Shown here: one piece after another, positions 26,769-39,170 of the stretch | How positions within the stretch are numbered: position 1 is the stretch's first letter | Layout: each line of letters begins with the position of its first letter | Assembly (NCBI RefSeq): GCF_004010195.1 | Contig: NC_057719.1 | Span: 34,387,281 to 34,451,280, forward strand | Source: Chiloscyllium plagiosum | Lineage: Eukaryota | Length of the DNA stretch: 64,000 nucleotides | Direction of reading: 5' to 3' | Made by a program: the position numbers and the translations under genes | Notes under the pieces: generated by a model | Told to the model about the DNA's origin: nothing | The model's database searches: none | What the model saw: the letters and a program-made list of their open reading frames with translations, nothing else

Positions 26769-28599
26769 TTTCAATGGGGTATTTTATTTCCATTCACAAG
26801 TACCAGGGAAATGGGATCGCAATATTAAACCACTCCCCAGAAATGGATAAGGTTGCACTTGAGCATCAAAGGCAACTATTACTGGAATATAATTTATGAA
26901 AATCTAGATGCAAGAGAAAATAGTGTAAAGCATTGCAAATATAAAGTGTATTATTATACATTAGGGATAGAATTTTCCTAACCATGTTTTGGCACGAGTC
27001 ATAACAGAGGTAGGAAAATTCAGTGAGAATAACAAATTCATTTTTTTATCTTTTCAAACGTTTCCAATTTTACATTCAAGCCATAAATGGCAACTTAGGT
27101 ATTTCACTTTGAAGCAGCACCTTTGCACCTTATAAAAACTCCAACCCACCTTATTTATATCCCACTTCCAATTCTCTTTTCCTTCATTGAGAATCTAAAC
27201 GAAATAAATTCCCACATTGTAAGTCAGAGCAAGTACCTAGCAACTACAGCTCACCAAATGCTTGCCCCAGCCATCAGGAAACAGGTTCTTCAAAACAGTG
27301 TCCCAGCATTGTATGTGCATAGCTGCCATCTTCCTCCACAAGTTTGACATCAACAATCCATCAGCATTAACACATCATCACATCTGCCCTTGGAAAAATG
27401 TAAACACCACTTCAAGAGTCTAATGCTTCAACACTTTGCTTTGAGACCTACAACTTGCATGCCTCTGCCAGATTGCTTGTCACACAGAAACACATGCATT
27501 TCCTGGACCAGCACAGGATGTGTCTTATAGCTCCAAGCTATCTTTTTTTGCACGTTCTCACTTTGCCGTTGTTTGAAGGCTGTCAGATCTGAATAATTCA
27601 CGTTGCTTTCATGTGTGCACTCATTGACCTTAGGCACTGTCAGTCTCTATGTGACTTGCATCACATTCTTAGCACACAGAGACTTCAGTGTTCAGTAGCA
27701 GGCTGTCAGTCATTGTGGCTTACATTGTTTTATTAATGCTAACGGAGAAGTAAACAGTTTGTGATGGTGGGAAGCCCTGAACAATCAATCAATCATTCTC
27801 AGTGGGGTACACTACTGTGCTGAACATCACACTTGCAGTATGTGCCAGCAGCTTAAACAGCATGTGCTTCAAGCAAATGGCTATGTGTGAAAGTCAAAGA
27901 GGAGCGGTCCTTAGTGAGACGAAGGGAGACTCCAATCAGTTAGGGACAATTCCAATACACAATCAAGAGACTCATCCAACTCCGGATTAGGGGTTGCCCA
28001 TTAGGGGGTAAGGTCTTTGGACCTATCGAGAGTTTGGGATTCCTGTCCTTGCAGTCCAGAGATGAGACCTCAGTTAGTCCTGCAGATCAACTGGGAGCAA
28101 TCCCAGGATTACAGTTGGATCAGTTGGGGTGCCATGGAAACATCAATCCCATTGGGTATGGGGAGGGCAGGTGGGGAGAGTAGCACCATTGTCTGATGGA
28201 GATGTGCTGACAGTCAATCCTGAGACTTTTGGTCAATAACTGTCTTATAAGGGTCAGTCCATGGAGTCCTAGGAAAAGCAAGAAGCCTAAGACTGGGAAT
28301 GGGCTTCATTGTATTGGGTCACTGAGGGAATGATAACAGCGCTAGGGGGAAATTGCAGGTATTAGGATGGGAAATCATAATGAATAGGATAAGATTTGGT
28401 GCTCTGGAAGTGGGAGTTTGAATGTGTCTCAATAATGCTGACCTCTGGTGTGTAGGGCCAACAAGGCCAACAAAGCAATGGGAATTTCCAAAGTCATGGG
28501 ATCTGGAAGTAAATGGAACACATTGATAGGTATGTAAATGAACTCAATGGAAATGGTGGAGGAGACTGAAAGGTTATTACAACAGTAGGAACAGCAACT

Positions 28600-28961
28600 G
28601 AAAAGTGAACATGAACGATGGGGGATATTCTCACATCTGCAAGTTACTCCCATTACATTGTAATTGAAACCCTGCCCTGTCTGATTAAAAGTCGACTGTG
28701 CAATGACTGCTCAAAAGGCTGACACTGCAAGCAAAGTTAGCAGAGTAATCTACTCTTTTTGTGACAGAGTGGAATTGTTGGAATTGGAAGGCCATCAAGG
28801 TGCAGTTGAAGTATTCATTGCCTACACTGACTCAGCAATACCACCTATCAGACTTCAAATTGCATTTCATCATTGTCCAAAAATACACATTAAAACTAAT
28901 AACCTCAAACATGACCATAACGATGTGTGAACTACCTTCTTGTCATGTCAGTTAAGCAAGT
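28600..28961 (-). pseudogene. Candidate exon remnant (3' boundary uncertain)
   Basis: Acceptor ttgttctcattag; multiple stops; contains ILQLHLDGLPIPT. Confidence 0.4.
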
Positions 28962-29314
28962 CTAATGAGAACAAGATATTTTTAAATAGAACCACTTCAC
29001 TGCCACATTCCATCGCAAACATTGCACTAGAATAATTTACAGCTGCAAAATTTGTAAACTGAATTGTAAGTATGTAAGCAAATACTCCCTAATGTAGAAA
29101 ACTGCTTTTTCTTGGTGGGAAAAGGTTGTGCTATCATTCTGGCTTACTGGCAGAATTTTGTTCCCAACATAATTTGAAACTTTTGTGCAATGTATAATGA
29201 GTTTTTCCAGCAATTTCCATTTTTATCTCTGGATTATGGCATCTACAGTTCTTTCAGTTTTTATGTAATACCAAAAAAGCTTAGACCAGAAACATAGTGG
29301 AACTGAACACTTGC

Positions 29315-29560
29315 CTCCTTAAGATGCGGTTTTGATGTCTGGACATTCATCACAGCCTGGCAATATGACCCTAAATGGTGTCCTACATCACTGTAGAATT
29401 CTGCATCCTTCAGAACTGGAGCCGCCCAAGGCGGAGATGTCCTGGTTGCAGATAAAATATGGAATGACAACAATCTTCTGAGGATAAAAATGAGGCAAGG
29501 GATCCAGATATTGACCAGGAGGACCATCCAGGAGAACATGAGAGAGCAATCCATCATTCA
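29315..29560 (+). mobile_element. PIF/Harbinger transposase C-terminal remnant
   Basis: LKMRF*CLD...QYDP...ITVEFCILQNW followed by an acidic tail resembles the LK.RFRCL...LQY.P...ACC.LHN motif of DDE_Tnp_4/HARBI1-like transposases. Confidence 0.6.
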
Positions 29561-29978
29561 GCCTAAAATGTCAGAGAGAACCTAATTGAAATCTATTTTA
29601 AAGATGAATGAGCTAGGTTCAGACTTTTCTTTCATTAATTAAGATTCTGTTGGTAATCTGGCAAGGAGTTCTGCTTAGAGAAAAGTTATTTTCACAATCC
29701 TTGACCTTTGTTTTGCTGAATCAATGTCTCATTATCCATGAGGTTGTGCACCTTCCACTTTAAAGTTTCTACATATAACACGTCCTATTGACCATTAGGA
29801 TCATTAAGAAATAGCTATTGAGACAGTGCAATAATATCAAAAGCATTAATGTTAGCTAGACCTTAAGCCATCCATCAACATACCATATCAGAGTATTGTG
29901 TAGTGAAATCTCACATGATAGCCAGCGGTTTGAGAGGAATCTGAGAAATCTACATTTGACTCTTCCATCACAGCTCAC

Positions 29979-30203
29979 CGTTCAATATTTCAGAGTGCAC
30001 ATAGGCAGCTGAATTGCCTAGAAATGCTTGAGAATCCTTTAGGACAGTGCTGAATCTGAAAGAGTCGATGTTTTGTGTAGCTTCACTCAACAGACCAATA
30101 CACTGTGAGGTCAAATGGATATGCAAGTTGCTCATCGTACATCTCTCAGCCTTCAACAGCAGCACATGTCCTTGAAAAGCCGATACATAGAATGAAGTTT
30201 TCT
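29979..30203 (-). pseudogene. 225-nt symmetric phase 1-1 exon, frame still open
   Basis: Acceptor catctctgcag, donor gtgagc. Only the phase-1 frame is open: KTSFYVSAFQGHVLLLKAERCTMSNLHIHLTSQCIGLLSEATQNIDSFRFSTVLKDSQAFLGNSAAYVHSEILN. Confidence 0.55.
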
Positions 30204-30342
30204 CTGCAGAGATGTGTGAAATAATCACTGATGCCGTACTATCACTGTTATAACTCTGATTGGATAGTACTCAAGATCCTTTATTCCACAAATGGTCCTT
30301 CACATCTAACTATTTTACTGAAACACTAAAACAGTCAAATTA

Positions 30343-30455
30343 GGCAGCCCTCTTGTAGTGCAGTGGTAGTTTCCCTGGACCAAGAGGTCTGGGTGCAAGA
30401 CCCATCTGTTCCAAAGACATGTAATAATATCTCTGAACAAGTTGATTAGAAAAAT
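30343..30455 (+). mobile_element. Short tRNA-headed SINE remnant (family distinct from HE1)
   Basis: A-box-like tagtgcagtggtag and B-box-like gggtgcaagaccc. Confidence 0.4.
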
Positions 30456-30514
30456 AGGTTCATTGAAAAAAAGTCAAATTTATCTCTCCTTTGTACTATC
30501 CAGAGTAAAAGAAA

Positions 30515-30800
30515 TGTCCAAGGAGCAGGAGAATCGACGTTTCGGGCATGAGCCTTTCTTCAGGAATGAGGAAAGTGTGTCCAGCAGGCTAAGATAAAAG
30601 GTAGGGAGGGGGGGGAGGGTTCCTAGGCGGAAGATGAGGTGCTCTTCCTCCAATCGTCGCGTTGCTATGGTATGGCGATGGAGGAGTCCAAGGACCTGCA
30701 TGTCCTTGGAGGAGTGGGAGGAGGAGTTGAAGTGTTGAGCCACGGGGTGGTTGGGTTGGTTGGTCCGGGTGTCCCAGAGGTGTTCTCTGAAACGTTCTGC
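30515..30800 (-). mobile_element. Penelope-like element fragment (GIY-YIG C-terminus plus terminal repeat with hammerhead core)
   Basis: VAQHFNSSSHSSKDMQVLGLLH...RRLEEEHLIFRLGTL; minus-strand CTGAAGA-A-AGGC-TCAT-GCCC-GAAAC-GTC at 30533-30565. Confidence 0.85.
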
Positions 30801-30950
30801 GGAGAGTCCTCTGCCAAGTTGTGATTCATCCTCCTCAGGTTGTAATGTTCAAGGATTTGGGCTCACGAGTTGTGGTGGCATGGGAGGAGCAGCTGGGGGG
30901 GAGGGGTGAAGTGCCGAGCAGCTTTGAAGCAGAAGCTTTTGGGGAACCCT

Positions 30951-31019
30951 CTGTCAGAAAACTTTCCAGATCAGTTTTCAGAAGTCTGTCAGAAAACTTT
31001 CCAGATCAGTTTTCAGAAG
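30951..31019 (+). repeat. 35-bp tandem duplication
   Basis: ctgtcagaaaactttccagatcagttttcagaag occurs twice. Confidence 0.9.
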
Positions 31020-31049
31020 CATGTAAGAACAAGGAGAACTAGCCATTTG

Positions 31050-32440
31050 AATACAGAACTGGCTCAAAGGTAGAAGACAAAAGGGTGGAGGTGGAGGGTT
31101 GTTTTTCAGACTAGAAGCCTGTGACCAGTGGAGTGCCACAAGGATCAGTACTGGGTCCACTGCTTTTCATCATTTATATAAATGATTTGGATGTGAGCAT
31201 AACGGGTATAGTTAGTAAGTTTGCAGATGACACCAAAATTGGAGATTTAGTGGACAGTGAAGAGGGTTACCTCAGATTACAATGGGATCTGGACCAGATG
31301 GACCAATGGGCTGAGAAGTGGCAGATGGAGTTTAATTCAGATAAATGTGAGGTGCTGCATTTTGGGAAAGCAAATCTTAGCAGGACTAATATACTTAGTG
31401 ATAAGGTCCTGGGGGTGTTAATGAACAAAGAGACCTTGGAGTGCAGGTTCATAGCTCCTTGAAAGTGGAGTCGCAGGTAGCTAGGATAGTGAAGAAGGTG
31501 TTTGGTATGCTTTCCTTTATTGGTCAGAGTACAGGAGTTGGGAGGCCATGTTCCGACTGTACAGGACATTGGTTAGGCTACTGTTTGGAATATTGCATTT
31601 GATTGTGGTCTCCTTCCTATCAGAAAGATGTTGTGAAACTTGGAAGGGTACAGAAAAGATTTACAAGGATGTTGCGAGGGTTGGAGGATTTGAGCTATTG
31701 GGAGAGGTTGAATAAGCTGGGGCAGTTTTCCCTGGAGCAGTAGAGGCTGAGGGGTGACCTTATAGAGGTTTATAAAGTCATGAGGGGCATAGATAGGATA
31801 AATAGACAAAGTTTGTTCCCTAGGGTGGGGGAAGTCCAGAACTAGAGGGCATAGATTAGATTCCCTACAGTGGGGAAACAGGCCCTTCAGCCCAACCAGT
31901 CCATACCAACCCTCCAGAGAGCAACTCACCCAGACCCATTTCCCTCTGAATGCCGCATCTAACACTATGGGCAAGTTAACATGGCCAATTCACCTGACCT
32001 GCGCATCTTTGGACTGTGGGAGGAAACCAGAGCAAACCCACACACACACGAGGAGAACATGCAAACTCCAGTCAGACAGGCACCTGAGGCTGGAATTGAA
32101 CCTGGGACCCGGGTACTGTGAGACAGCAGTGCTAACCACTGAGCCACCATGCAGCCCACGTGCTTAGGGTGAGAGAGGAAAGTTTTTAAAAAGACCTAAG
32201 AGGCAAATTTTCCACACAGAGGGTGGTGCATGTATGGAATCAGCTGCCAGAGGAAATGGGGGAGGCAAATACAGTTGCAACATTTTAAAAGGCATCTGGA
32301 CAGGTATATGAATAGGAAGGGTTTGGAGGGATATGGGCCAGGTGCTGCTGGGCGAGACGAGATTGGGTTGAAATATCTGTTCAGCATGAACAAGTTGGAC
32401 TGAGGGATCTGTTTCCATGCTGTACATCTCTATGACTCTA
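31050..32440 (+). mobile_element. CR1 RT/3' end interrupted by an HE1-like SINE
   Basis: [46 protein letters not shown]; (CTATGACT) tail. Confidence 0.92.
31855..32158 (-). mobile_element. HE1-like V-SINE
   Basis: Reverse-complement copy with A/B boxes and V domain. Confidence 0.85.
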
Positions 32441-32624
32441 TAACTGTAGGGCACTGAATGCTATTCTGTCACGGGTGAGCAACAAGATGAGAGCTGTTGG
32501 AGCTGGAAATGTATTGCATGACTTCAAGATGGAAGTGGGATTTCAGAAAATGATATACCAACAAACATTGGAATCAAGGGCTGTGTTGATAACAATAATA
32601 AAAGGAAATTGGCAACATCCTCCT

Positions 32625-32840
32625 CGTGGTAGAAACTCAACAGGTCTGGCAGCACCTGTGGAGAGAAAGCAGAATTATCATTTCAGGTCCAGTAACTTTT
32701 CTTCGGTATTTCAAAACAGTTCTAATGAAGAGTCACTGGACACAAAATGTTGGATGTGCTTTCTCTCCACAGATGCTGCCAGGTTGCCTGATTTTCTCCA
32801 GTAATTTCTGCTTTTGTTTCAGATTTCCAACGTCTGCAGT
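32625..32840. mobile_element. Palindromic PLE terminal-repeat element
   Basis: Inverted arms like 12058-12256; decayed core ctaatgaagagtcactggacacaaaa. Confidence 0.7.
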
Positions 32841-32864
32841 AGCTGGTCATGCTACTGGATTTAC

Positions 32865-33167
32865 AGGCAGCACGTTGGCTCATTGGTTAGCACAGCTGCC
32901 TCACGGCACCAAGGACCCATGGTCAATTCCAACGACTGACTGTGTGGAGTTTGCACATTCTCCCTGTGTCTGTATGGGTTTCCTCCAGGTGCTATGGTTT
33001 CTTCCCACAGTCCAAAAGATGTACAGGTCAGGTGAATTAGCCATGCTAAATTGCCCATAGTGTTAGGTACATTAATCAGAGGGAAATGGGTCTGGGTGGT
33101 TACTCTTCAGAAGGTCAGTGAGTACTAGGTGGGCCGAAGGACCTGTTTCCACACTATAGGGATTCTC
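32865..33167 (+). mobile_element. HE1-like V-SINE
   Basis: Matches the other copies. Confidence 0.85.
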
Positions 33168-33444
33168 TTTTAAAAACTTGTGATCCCAAACAAGCAAGTT
33201 ACGAGAATGAATTCAGCAAATCTGGTCATGAAGGATAGTAATGTCAATTAGACGCTGCTGGAAAATGTATCTGGTGAGCAATCACTTTATCAGAGGAGAC
33301 AACTAGTCATACCTGACTGCTGTGGCCTACATGTGACTCCAGTCTCATAGAGTCATAAAACATAGAAACAGGCTTTCCCCTCACCGTATCTATGCCAACC
33401 AATGAACACCTAAGCTGTACTAATCCTATTTACCTGCATTTATC

Positions 33445-34400
33445 AGACCATAAGATATAGGAGCAGAATGAGGCCATTTGGACCATCGAGTCTGCTCCAC
33501 CACTAATCATGGCTGATATGTTTCTCAATCTCATTGTCTTCCCTTCTCCCCATAACCTTTGATCTCCTCAGTGGTTAACACTGCTGCCTCACAGTGCCAG
33601 TGATCAAGGTTCGATTCTGGCCTCGGGTGACTGTCTGTGTGGAGTTTGCACATTCTCCCTGTGTCTGCGTGGGTTTCCTCCACGTGCTCCATTTTCCTCC
33701 CACAGTCCAAAGATGTGCAAGTCAGGTGAACTGGTCAAGTCAAATTGCTCACAGTGTTAGGTGCGTTAGTCAGGGGTAAATGTAGGGAAATGAGTCTGGG
33801 TGGGTTACTCTTTGGAGGGTCGGTGTAGTCTTGTTGGGCCAAAGAGCCTGTCTCCACACTGTAGGGAATCTAATCTAATCTAATCTATAATTGAGAACCT
33901 ATCTATCTCTGCCTCAAATTCACTCAGTGGCTTGGCCTCCACAGCTTTCTGCAGCAATGAATTCCACAGATTAACCACTCTCTGGTTGAAGAAATTCATG
34001 ATTATCTCAGCTATCATGTGTTATCCCTTCACTCTGATGTTGTGCCCTTGGGTCTTAGTCTCTGCTACAAGTTGAAACATCTTCTCCAAAACCACTCTAT
34101 CCAGGCCTCTCAATATTCTGTAATTTGTAATGAGATGCCTCCTCTTCCTTCTAAATTCCAGTGAGTACAGATCCAGACTCCTTAACTGCTCATCATATGA
34201 CTAGCTCTTAATCCCCACAATCACTCTTGTAAACCTTCTCTGGATGACCTCCACTGCCAGCACATTGTTTCTTCTATTTAGAAATACTCTACACCTTTAT
34301 TCTTCAGACTAAAGTGCATAACTTCACTTTCCCACAGCAGAGAGAAGCAGAGTTAGCATTTTGTATCCATCACTCTTCTTCAAACCCTTCTGAATCAAGT
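33445..34400 (-). mobile_element. CR1 3' region interrupted by an HE1-like SINE
   Basis: CR1 3'UTR at 33445-33565 and RT C-terminal remnants from 33890 to 34400. Confidence 0.75.
33567..33887 (+). mobile_element. HE1-like V-SINE with (AATCT)n tail
   Basis: ggttcgattc B box, V domain, aatctaatctaatctaatct tail. Confidence 0.85.
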
Positions 34401-34928
34401 TCCCTTACAAGCAAATCCCCTACAATCAAATCCCCTCCCAGTATTTTTCCTCCCCTGCTATTCAGCAGAGCCAACCATGATGCCACAAACTTGGCTGTTG
34501 CTGTTTTCCCCTGAGAGGCCAACACCCTAACAGTATTCAACACAGCATATCTGTTTGAGAGGGGGGAATAGCTTCAGGGGACTCCTGCACTACCTGCTGA
34601 AGCTTACTCATCTAAATATACAATCCATGACATCCTCAGCACCATGGACGTGGTCAATCTGGTGCTGTGGATGAGCTTGTTAAGCAATCCCATCTGATAT
34701 ATTTGGCTCATTGTCTTTGGGGTAACAACAGATAAGTGTTAAGTGCTGTGACCCCTATATCTCAATATGTACAGACAATTGTAAACTCTTCTGAAAGGAC
34801 ATATCGCTCATTAAGGACTCGTGCAACTCCCAATCTTAATCACTCAAACTCATGGGGTGAGAATTAAATGGTTTGATTAAATGTTAACAATTTTATTAGG
34901 ATTGTACTTATGAGAAAGCATCATTAGA

Positions 34929-35203
34929 TGGGGTGACATGGTGGCTTAGTGGTTAGCACTGCCACATCACAGCGCCAGGGACCCAGGTTTGATTCCAGCC
35001 TTGGGTGACTGTCTGCGTGGAGTTTGCACACTCTTCCTGTGTCTGCTTGGGTTTCCTTCCACAATCCAAAGGTGTGCATGCTAGGTGAATTGGCCTTGCT
35101 AAATTGCCCACAGTGTTAGGTGCCTGAGGTAGGGGAATGAGTCTGGGTGGGTTACTCTTCAGAGGGTTGGTGTGGACTTGTTGGGCTGAAGGCTTGTTTC
35201 CAT
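34929..35203 (+). mobile_element. HE1-like V-SINE inserted in the pseudo-exon
   Basis: gtggcttagtggttagc A box, ggtttgattcc B box, V domain. Confidence 0.88.
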
Positions 35204-35699
35204 AATTAATTTAACAATAGTTCAGTTGAAATGTGTTAGCATGGTTTTGATATTATTGACATTTGAGTAACATCATTATTATATTTTTGAGTGTGTTTTG
35301 TTAGCAAGAATTGACTCTAAAAAGTTTCAATTCCTGCCTAAGAAAGTAAAGTGTCTCAGAAAAAGAATTAAATCTCAGTTTTGTCACAATACAGAGATGA
35401 CCACTCAACTCAGAAAAGATTTCACAAGGGAAGGAGGCAAAAAAAAATGAAAACCACAAGAGGCTGACAGACTTAAAGTCAGAGCAAAGTAATTGAATTC
35501 TAAGAATGCAAATTAAGAGACATCCATGAAAATGCATGAGATGAAATGTCAATTGTATGTCAAGGTACACAAAGTGACCTGGCAAAAGCATGCAAGATAT
35601 GAGCATCCATAAGCTCCAAACTGAACTTTTGAAGTGCTGAATTGCTGTGTGAGTTATTTCGAGAGCAGCCTGATAACATGGTGAGGCTGGAGATTTGGT

Positions 35700-35915
35700 G
35701 ATTTTGGATTAGTGGTGCTGAAAGAGCACAGCAGTTCAGGCAGCATCTGAGGAGCAGCAAAATCGACGTTTCGGGCAAAAGCCCTTCATGATAAAGGGCT
35801 TTTGCCCGAAACGTCGATTTTGCTGCTCCTCAGATGCTGCCTGAACTGCTGTGCTCTTCCAGCACCACTAATCCAAAATCTGGTTTCTAGCATCTGCAGT
35901 CATTGTTTTTACCTC
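35700..35915. mobile_element. Near-perfect palindromic PLE terminal-repeat element with 14-bp TSD
   Basis: Arms 35700-35789 and 35790-35880; TSD ggagatttg(g/a)tgat at 35689-35702 and 35916-35929; both arms carry GGGC-TTTT-GCCC-GAAAC-GTC. Confidence 0.88.
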
Positions 35916-36962
35916 GGAGATTTGATGATGCCAGGTTGCACAGATGGAGAATGCAAGACGATGGTATCCATGGAAAGTGCAAAGCAGGCTGGATAAAGGC
36001 CTGGAAAAACAAATGCTGAGCAGCTGCCACCAGGTAACTGCCGAGGAATTAGCTTCATTAAGTTTCTCAGGAAAGAAGAGGATAATGGGAAACTGCATAG
36101 AAATGAGTTGACATGAGTTTTTAGTGAAATGTAAATGAATGGAAATAAAGTGGTCATTACTCTTTAGCATAATTCAGAGTTCACCATTAAAACCTTATTA
36201 AAACATTGGACAATGTTTCCCAACATCAGAAACATTCTCACCATATTTTCCCAACATTCTTGCCATTGCCCCTGCTAAGGTATGAGAAAATATATTCCAT
36301 TTTCACGTTGCAACTGGAATAAGTTTTCTTAAAATGAAAAGTCTGAATTGAATGCAAACTTTACTCAGTTAATTAAGAAACAATTACATTGATTTTGGGT
36401 TAAAAATTTACAGGTTTCCTTATTTACACTTTAACAGTAAATATGCCTTTAAATTCAGGATGTTCAATTGTATACAGACCATAGGGTTTCTGCCAGTGTG
36501 AATCCAGCCACCAGTAGCTCACTTTACACTGTATTATTTTCTGTTGACATTTTTTTCTCCAAAACGAACATCAAGTATCATGTTACCTAACTGCTGAGTC
36601 TCTCTGAGCACATTTCCTGTCACTGGAAAAGATGAATTACCTCCCTCCAATTTATCTTCACCCAATATTATAAAACATTCATCTCACATTGGAAATTGAT
36701 ATATTTCCTGGTTAATCAAACTGCCAGTTGATAATTGTAAACCAACTGGCCCCTGGATTAGTTACTTGATGATACTTCATAATCCACCTTGAAGACTCTC
36801 TTTGAGACCTATTATTTTGACCAAGCCCTTGGTCAATCTTTTCAATGTCTACTTATGTGGCACAGCATCGACGCTTATTTCATTTTGTGCCTGAGAACTC
36901 TGTTGATACATTTTCTGTCAAGGACATTATCCAAATGCAACTTTTAGAAAACTTGGATTCAC

Positions 36963-37893
36963 CTTAAATGAATGCAGAAATCTGTCAATCACAAATATTG
37001 AATCAAAGTATCTTTCTACAAATGCAAGTACTGTCAGGTTCAGAGATCATCTCGAATTAACTGCATTTAATCATATTTGAACTCCATTGCAAACAGTTGG
37101 CTGATTTCCCAGAACAAAAATTGTTCACATTGCTCCTACACAGTGTGCTGCCACCTGCATTTTTTATGATAAATCATGAGTCATCGTTTTCTCTCACAGT
37201 GCCTTGGTACTAGTGGGCAAATTGCTGACAGGGTTTGTTAAAAATTAAAGCACTCAATAAAGAATCATTCCCCATTGCACATTACAGGCTCTCAGAGTCA
37301 GTTTGAGTAAGAAGAGTAAATCCGTCAGCAAATTATATCAAATGCTGACCTCAATTTCGATATTAATAGATATACAGTTGTTCCTCTAAGGCAAGGATAT
37401 TGTCTCCAACACTTTATCTGAATACCTGTGCTAACTTCCCTTTTGGCCACCGTCTTGCTTCAGAAAGAGCTTTAGTTTTCACTAATGAAATATCCAGAAT
37501 CAAGGCTTGAAATTAGGAAACCAATCTTCCAGGAAGTACTACCTGCTCATACAGGCTGGTTCATAAATAAATTAATCAATTATGAAGATTATTCACTCCT
37601 TGGACATCGGTCTGAAGCATTATTTTCTGTTGTTCATTGCATATGACTGGAATTCCAAGGGTAGGAAGAAAAATATCACATGCTTTAGAACCTTGGGGCA
37701 GACTAATCTAGCCATTACTGTCTTGTATCCTGACCAAATTCAATTATAGGCCACCTTTTGCATTGTTTATACATAATTTGTCTTCACCATGATACAAAAG
37801 TAAGTTTTGACCAAAGAGCTGCTTATTGAACACCAACTACAAACAGTCAGCAGCCTCTAATGCAGCAGAGTGAATGCCACAGAGGCTCTCTCT
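36963..37893 (-). pseudogene. Candidate large exon remnant
   Basis: Acceptor tttgacaacgttacag, possible donor gtgaat; disrupted frames contain HSAALEAADC and DIFLPTLGIPV. Confidence 0.45.
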
Positions 37894-37981
37894 CTGTAAC
37901 GTTGTCAAATGATTAATAAAAAACTCATAGAAATAATGTTAATATCTGAAGGATTTGTGCCATGATTGTCAGGCAGGAGAG

Positions 37982-38001
37982 CACACACACACACACACAC
38001 A
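37982..38001. repeat. (CA)n microsatellite
   Basis: cacacacacacacacacaca. Confidence 0.95.
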
Positions 38002-38289
38002 AACACCAGTTCAACTTTTGACATCTATTACACTCTCATTGCATTGATTGTGGAGCAGTTGACTGATCATTGCAATCAATCTTTGTCAGTCCGCCCATAG
38101 CAGACTCAGATGTAATGAAAAGCTTTCAGGAACAGAAGTCTCCTCAACATCTCATGTAAGATACATTCGCTATTTATCATGTATGAAATTATTGATATAC
38201 TGCATACCAAAATATAACCCCTGAAATAGCTTCTTTCACAAATTTAAGATAGCCTTTTAGATGTAATGTCTGATTGAGTAGGTAATGGA

Positions 38290-39170
38290 AATAAAGCTAT
38301 TGTAGTCATATGGGTTTTGATGTCAATAAAGTTGTAATGGTTTAAATTCAGCCTGAGCAGCACATCAAATTTTGTAAATAACACAGAAATTGAGTTTGAC
38401 AATCATTAAACAGAACTGGAAAAGGGCATGTGCAAGGTTAGCATAGTAGGCAGATCAATGATGAATGCAAAAGAATTTGAAAGAGTATGAGGTAACATAC
38501 TTTGGGAGGAGATATGAGAGCTACAAATATACATTTGAGTGAGACACTGAGAAGTATAGAGGAACCAAAACTTAGGAATGCAAATATATAATTTATTGCA
38601 AAAAAGTCCAGGACAATAAAACCTGAAGAAAAATGACATGTTTACTTTTGTCAATGCTCCTCAATGTGTCCATTATTTACCAGCTGGTAAAAGATGAGGG
38701 TTGGTCACTGTTAGACCACCAAAATTGGCCAAACCACCATAGAAGGGGCACAAAAACAGAGAAAAAGCATAAGTATTGATCCATCAAACCTAAGACATGG
38801 ATTTAAAAATGAACTTAGCTATGAAGAGAGGCATGACAGACTTTTCACTGGGAAAAAAGATATTCTTCACTGGAAAGAAGAACACAAACAAAATATTTCA
38901 CAGGAGAGGAGGTAGAACTGGTAAATTGTTTCATATGGTAAATATGAAACAAGAGAAAGATTATTTACTCCGGTCGGGGAATCAATGGCAAGAGGTCATC
39001 ATTGTAAAGTTGCCCCCAACAAAGGTGCCAGGAAAATTATTGGGTCATGGATTAATTTTTCAAAATGTGCGGCTGAGGTGCATTTAGGATAAAATTGGTT
39101 TGAAGGTGAAGGAGCATGAGAAATGAAGAGGCTATTGGCATGGCTTCATGAAGTTAAACTTCCAGGCATC
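38290..39170 (+). mobile_element. Highly degenerate CR1 remnant
   Basis: Traces of WAD...MNA, LVTVRPP and RGH..K. Confidence 0.45.

Larger units (their letters stand above)
34608..36271 (-). pseudogene. Large exon remnant disrupted by two TE insertions
   Basis: Acceptor ttctcataccttagcag (phase 1), donor gtaagc. Motifs HFTKNSCQLISMQFP, WHHQISSLTMLSG, TLLS*AGI and TMSQIYQMGL. The frame is continuous once the 35703-35915 insert and one TSD copy are removed. Confidence 0.6.

Noticed and set aside
11168..35203. tRNA genes at A/B-box sequences
   Set aside because: They are SINE heads followed by the V domain and a LINE-like tail, with no complete cloverleaf.
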